Assembly (NCBI RefSeq): GCF_018350175.1
Contig: NC_058368.1
Location: forward strand, 51,771,815 to 51,835,814
Source of the DNA: Felis catus
Lineage: Eukaryota
Direction of reading: 5' to 3'
DNA: 64,000 nt
The translations under genes and the position numbers were made by a program. This document shows, one piece after another, positions 63,413-64,000 of this stretch (its first letter is position 1; each line of letters starts with the position of its first letter). The notes beneath the pieces were generated by a model, which was given only the letters and a program-made list of their open reading frames with translations, ran no database searches and was not told the origin of the DNA.

Positions 63413-63600
63413 GTTTTTTAAATATAATTTATTGTCAAGTTAGCTAACATACAGTGTATACAGTATGCTCTTGGCTTCAGGAGTAGATTCCCATGAATCA
63501 TCGCTTACGTACAACACCCAGAGCTCATCCCTACAAGTGCCCTCCTCAATGCCCATCACCCATTCCCCGCCCCCATTATCAACCCTCAGTTTGTTCTCTC
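63413..63600 (-). mobile_element. Short nested L1 3' tail fragment
   Basis: aatttattgtcaagttagctaacatacagtg...caaccctcagtttgttctc; host sequence resumes afterwards with a degenerate TTGTG duplication. Confidence 0.75.
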
Positions 63601-64000
63601 TTTTGTGGTTTAATTTGCATTTCCCTGATATTGGGTGATGTTGAACATCTTTTCATGTGTGTGTTGGCCATCTGGATGTCTTCTTTCGAGAAATATCTGT
63701 TCATGCCTTCTGCCCATTTTTAACTGGTTAAATCCATAATTTCTAAATCAGCGAGGCAAAAAACACAAACCATAAAAATTGTATAAATCCAAGAAAAAGT
63801 AGAAGAAAAAGTATGTTAAAAAACCCACAAAATATTATGATAGATATAAGTCCAGAAATACCAATAAGCACAATAAATTAATTCACTTAATAATTAACAG
63901 AGGCCATCAGATTGGATGATAAAGCAATATTTAGCTATATGTACCTCATAAAAATCACTTCTAAAAGCAATATAGGAAGATGAGAAGATTAAAAATACTA

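Larger units (their letters stand above)
62478..63729 (-). mobile_element. 5'-truncated carnivore L1 3' end containing a (TA)n expansion and a nested L1 tail
   Basis: L1 3' UTR motifs; TSD AAA(C/T)CCATAATTTCT at 62463-62477 and 63730-63744. Confidence 0.85.
61140..64000 (+). mobile_element. Highly decayed A-rich L1M ORF1/ORF2-start remnant hosting younger insertions
   Basis: aatcccagaag...aactgaaaattttc...cagaatgttatatc; near the end ataagtccagaaataccaataagcacaataaat...cagattggat. Confidence 0.5.

Noticed and set aside
43000..64000. A second protein-coding gene downstream of SCEL
   Set aside because: I found no CpG island or coherent exon set. The ORFs at 60689-61019 overlap on both strands and show no recognisable domain.

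Overview
Mammalian genomic DNA, most likely a cat-family species: it carries many Can-SINE/SINEC_Fc-type SINEs and young carnivore-type L1 elements. The window holds the 3' part of the sciellin gene (SCEL) on the + strand. I read 8 symmetric phase-2 exons of 57-63 nt that each encode one ~20-aa 'xxLDxLIKVxP' repeat, 2 linker exons, 2 LIM-domain exons and a terminal exon (stop at 41993-41995, tandem AATAAA at 42942-42953). The 5' exons lie outside the window. The most notable signals concern turnover in the repeat-exon array: a 31-nt frameshifting repeat exon with intact splice sites (10885-10915, candidate poison exon), a repeat exon that lost its GT donor (1582-1641), an in-frame 93-nt candidate exon that I do not recall in canonical human sciellin (30134-30226), and intron homology indicating duplication of a two-exon cassette. 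The rest is intronic or intergenic and repeat-rich, with a 4.7-kb sense L1, two twin-primed (inverted) L1 insertions and nested elements. There are no prokaryotic features, CRISPR arrays or RNA genes. Nearly all ORF-track entries are L1/SINE fragments or noise. Comparisons with human SCEL are from memory, not from an alignment, and repeat boundaries and subfamily names are approximate.
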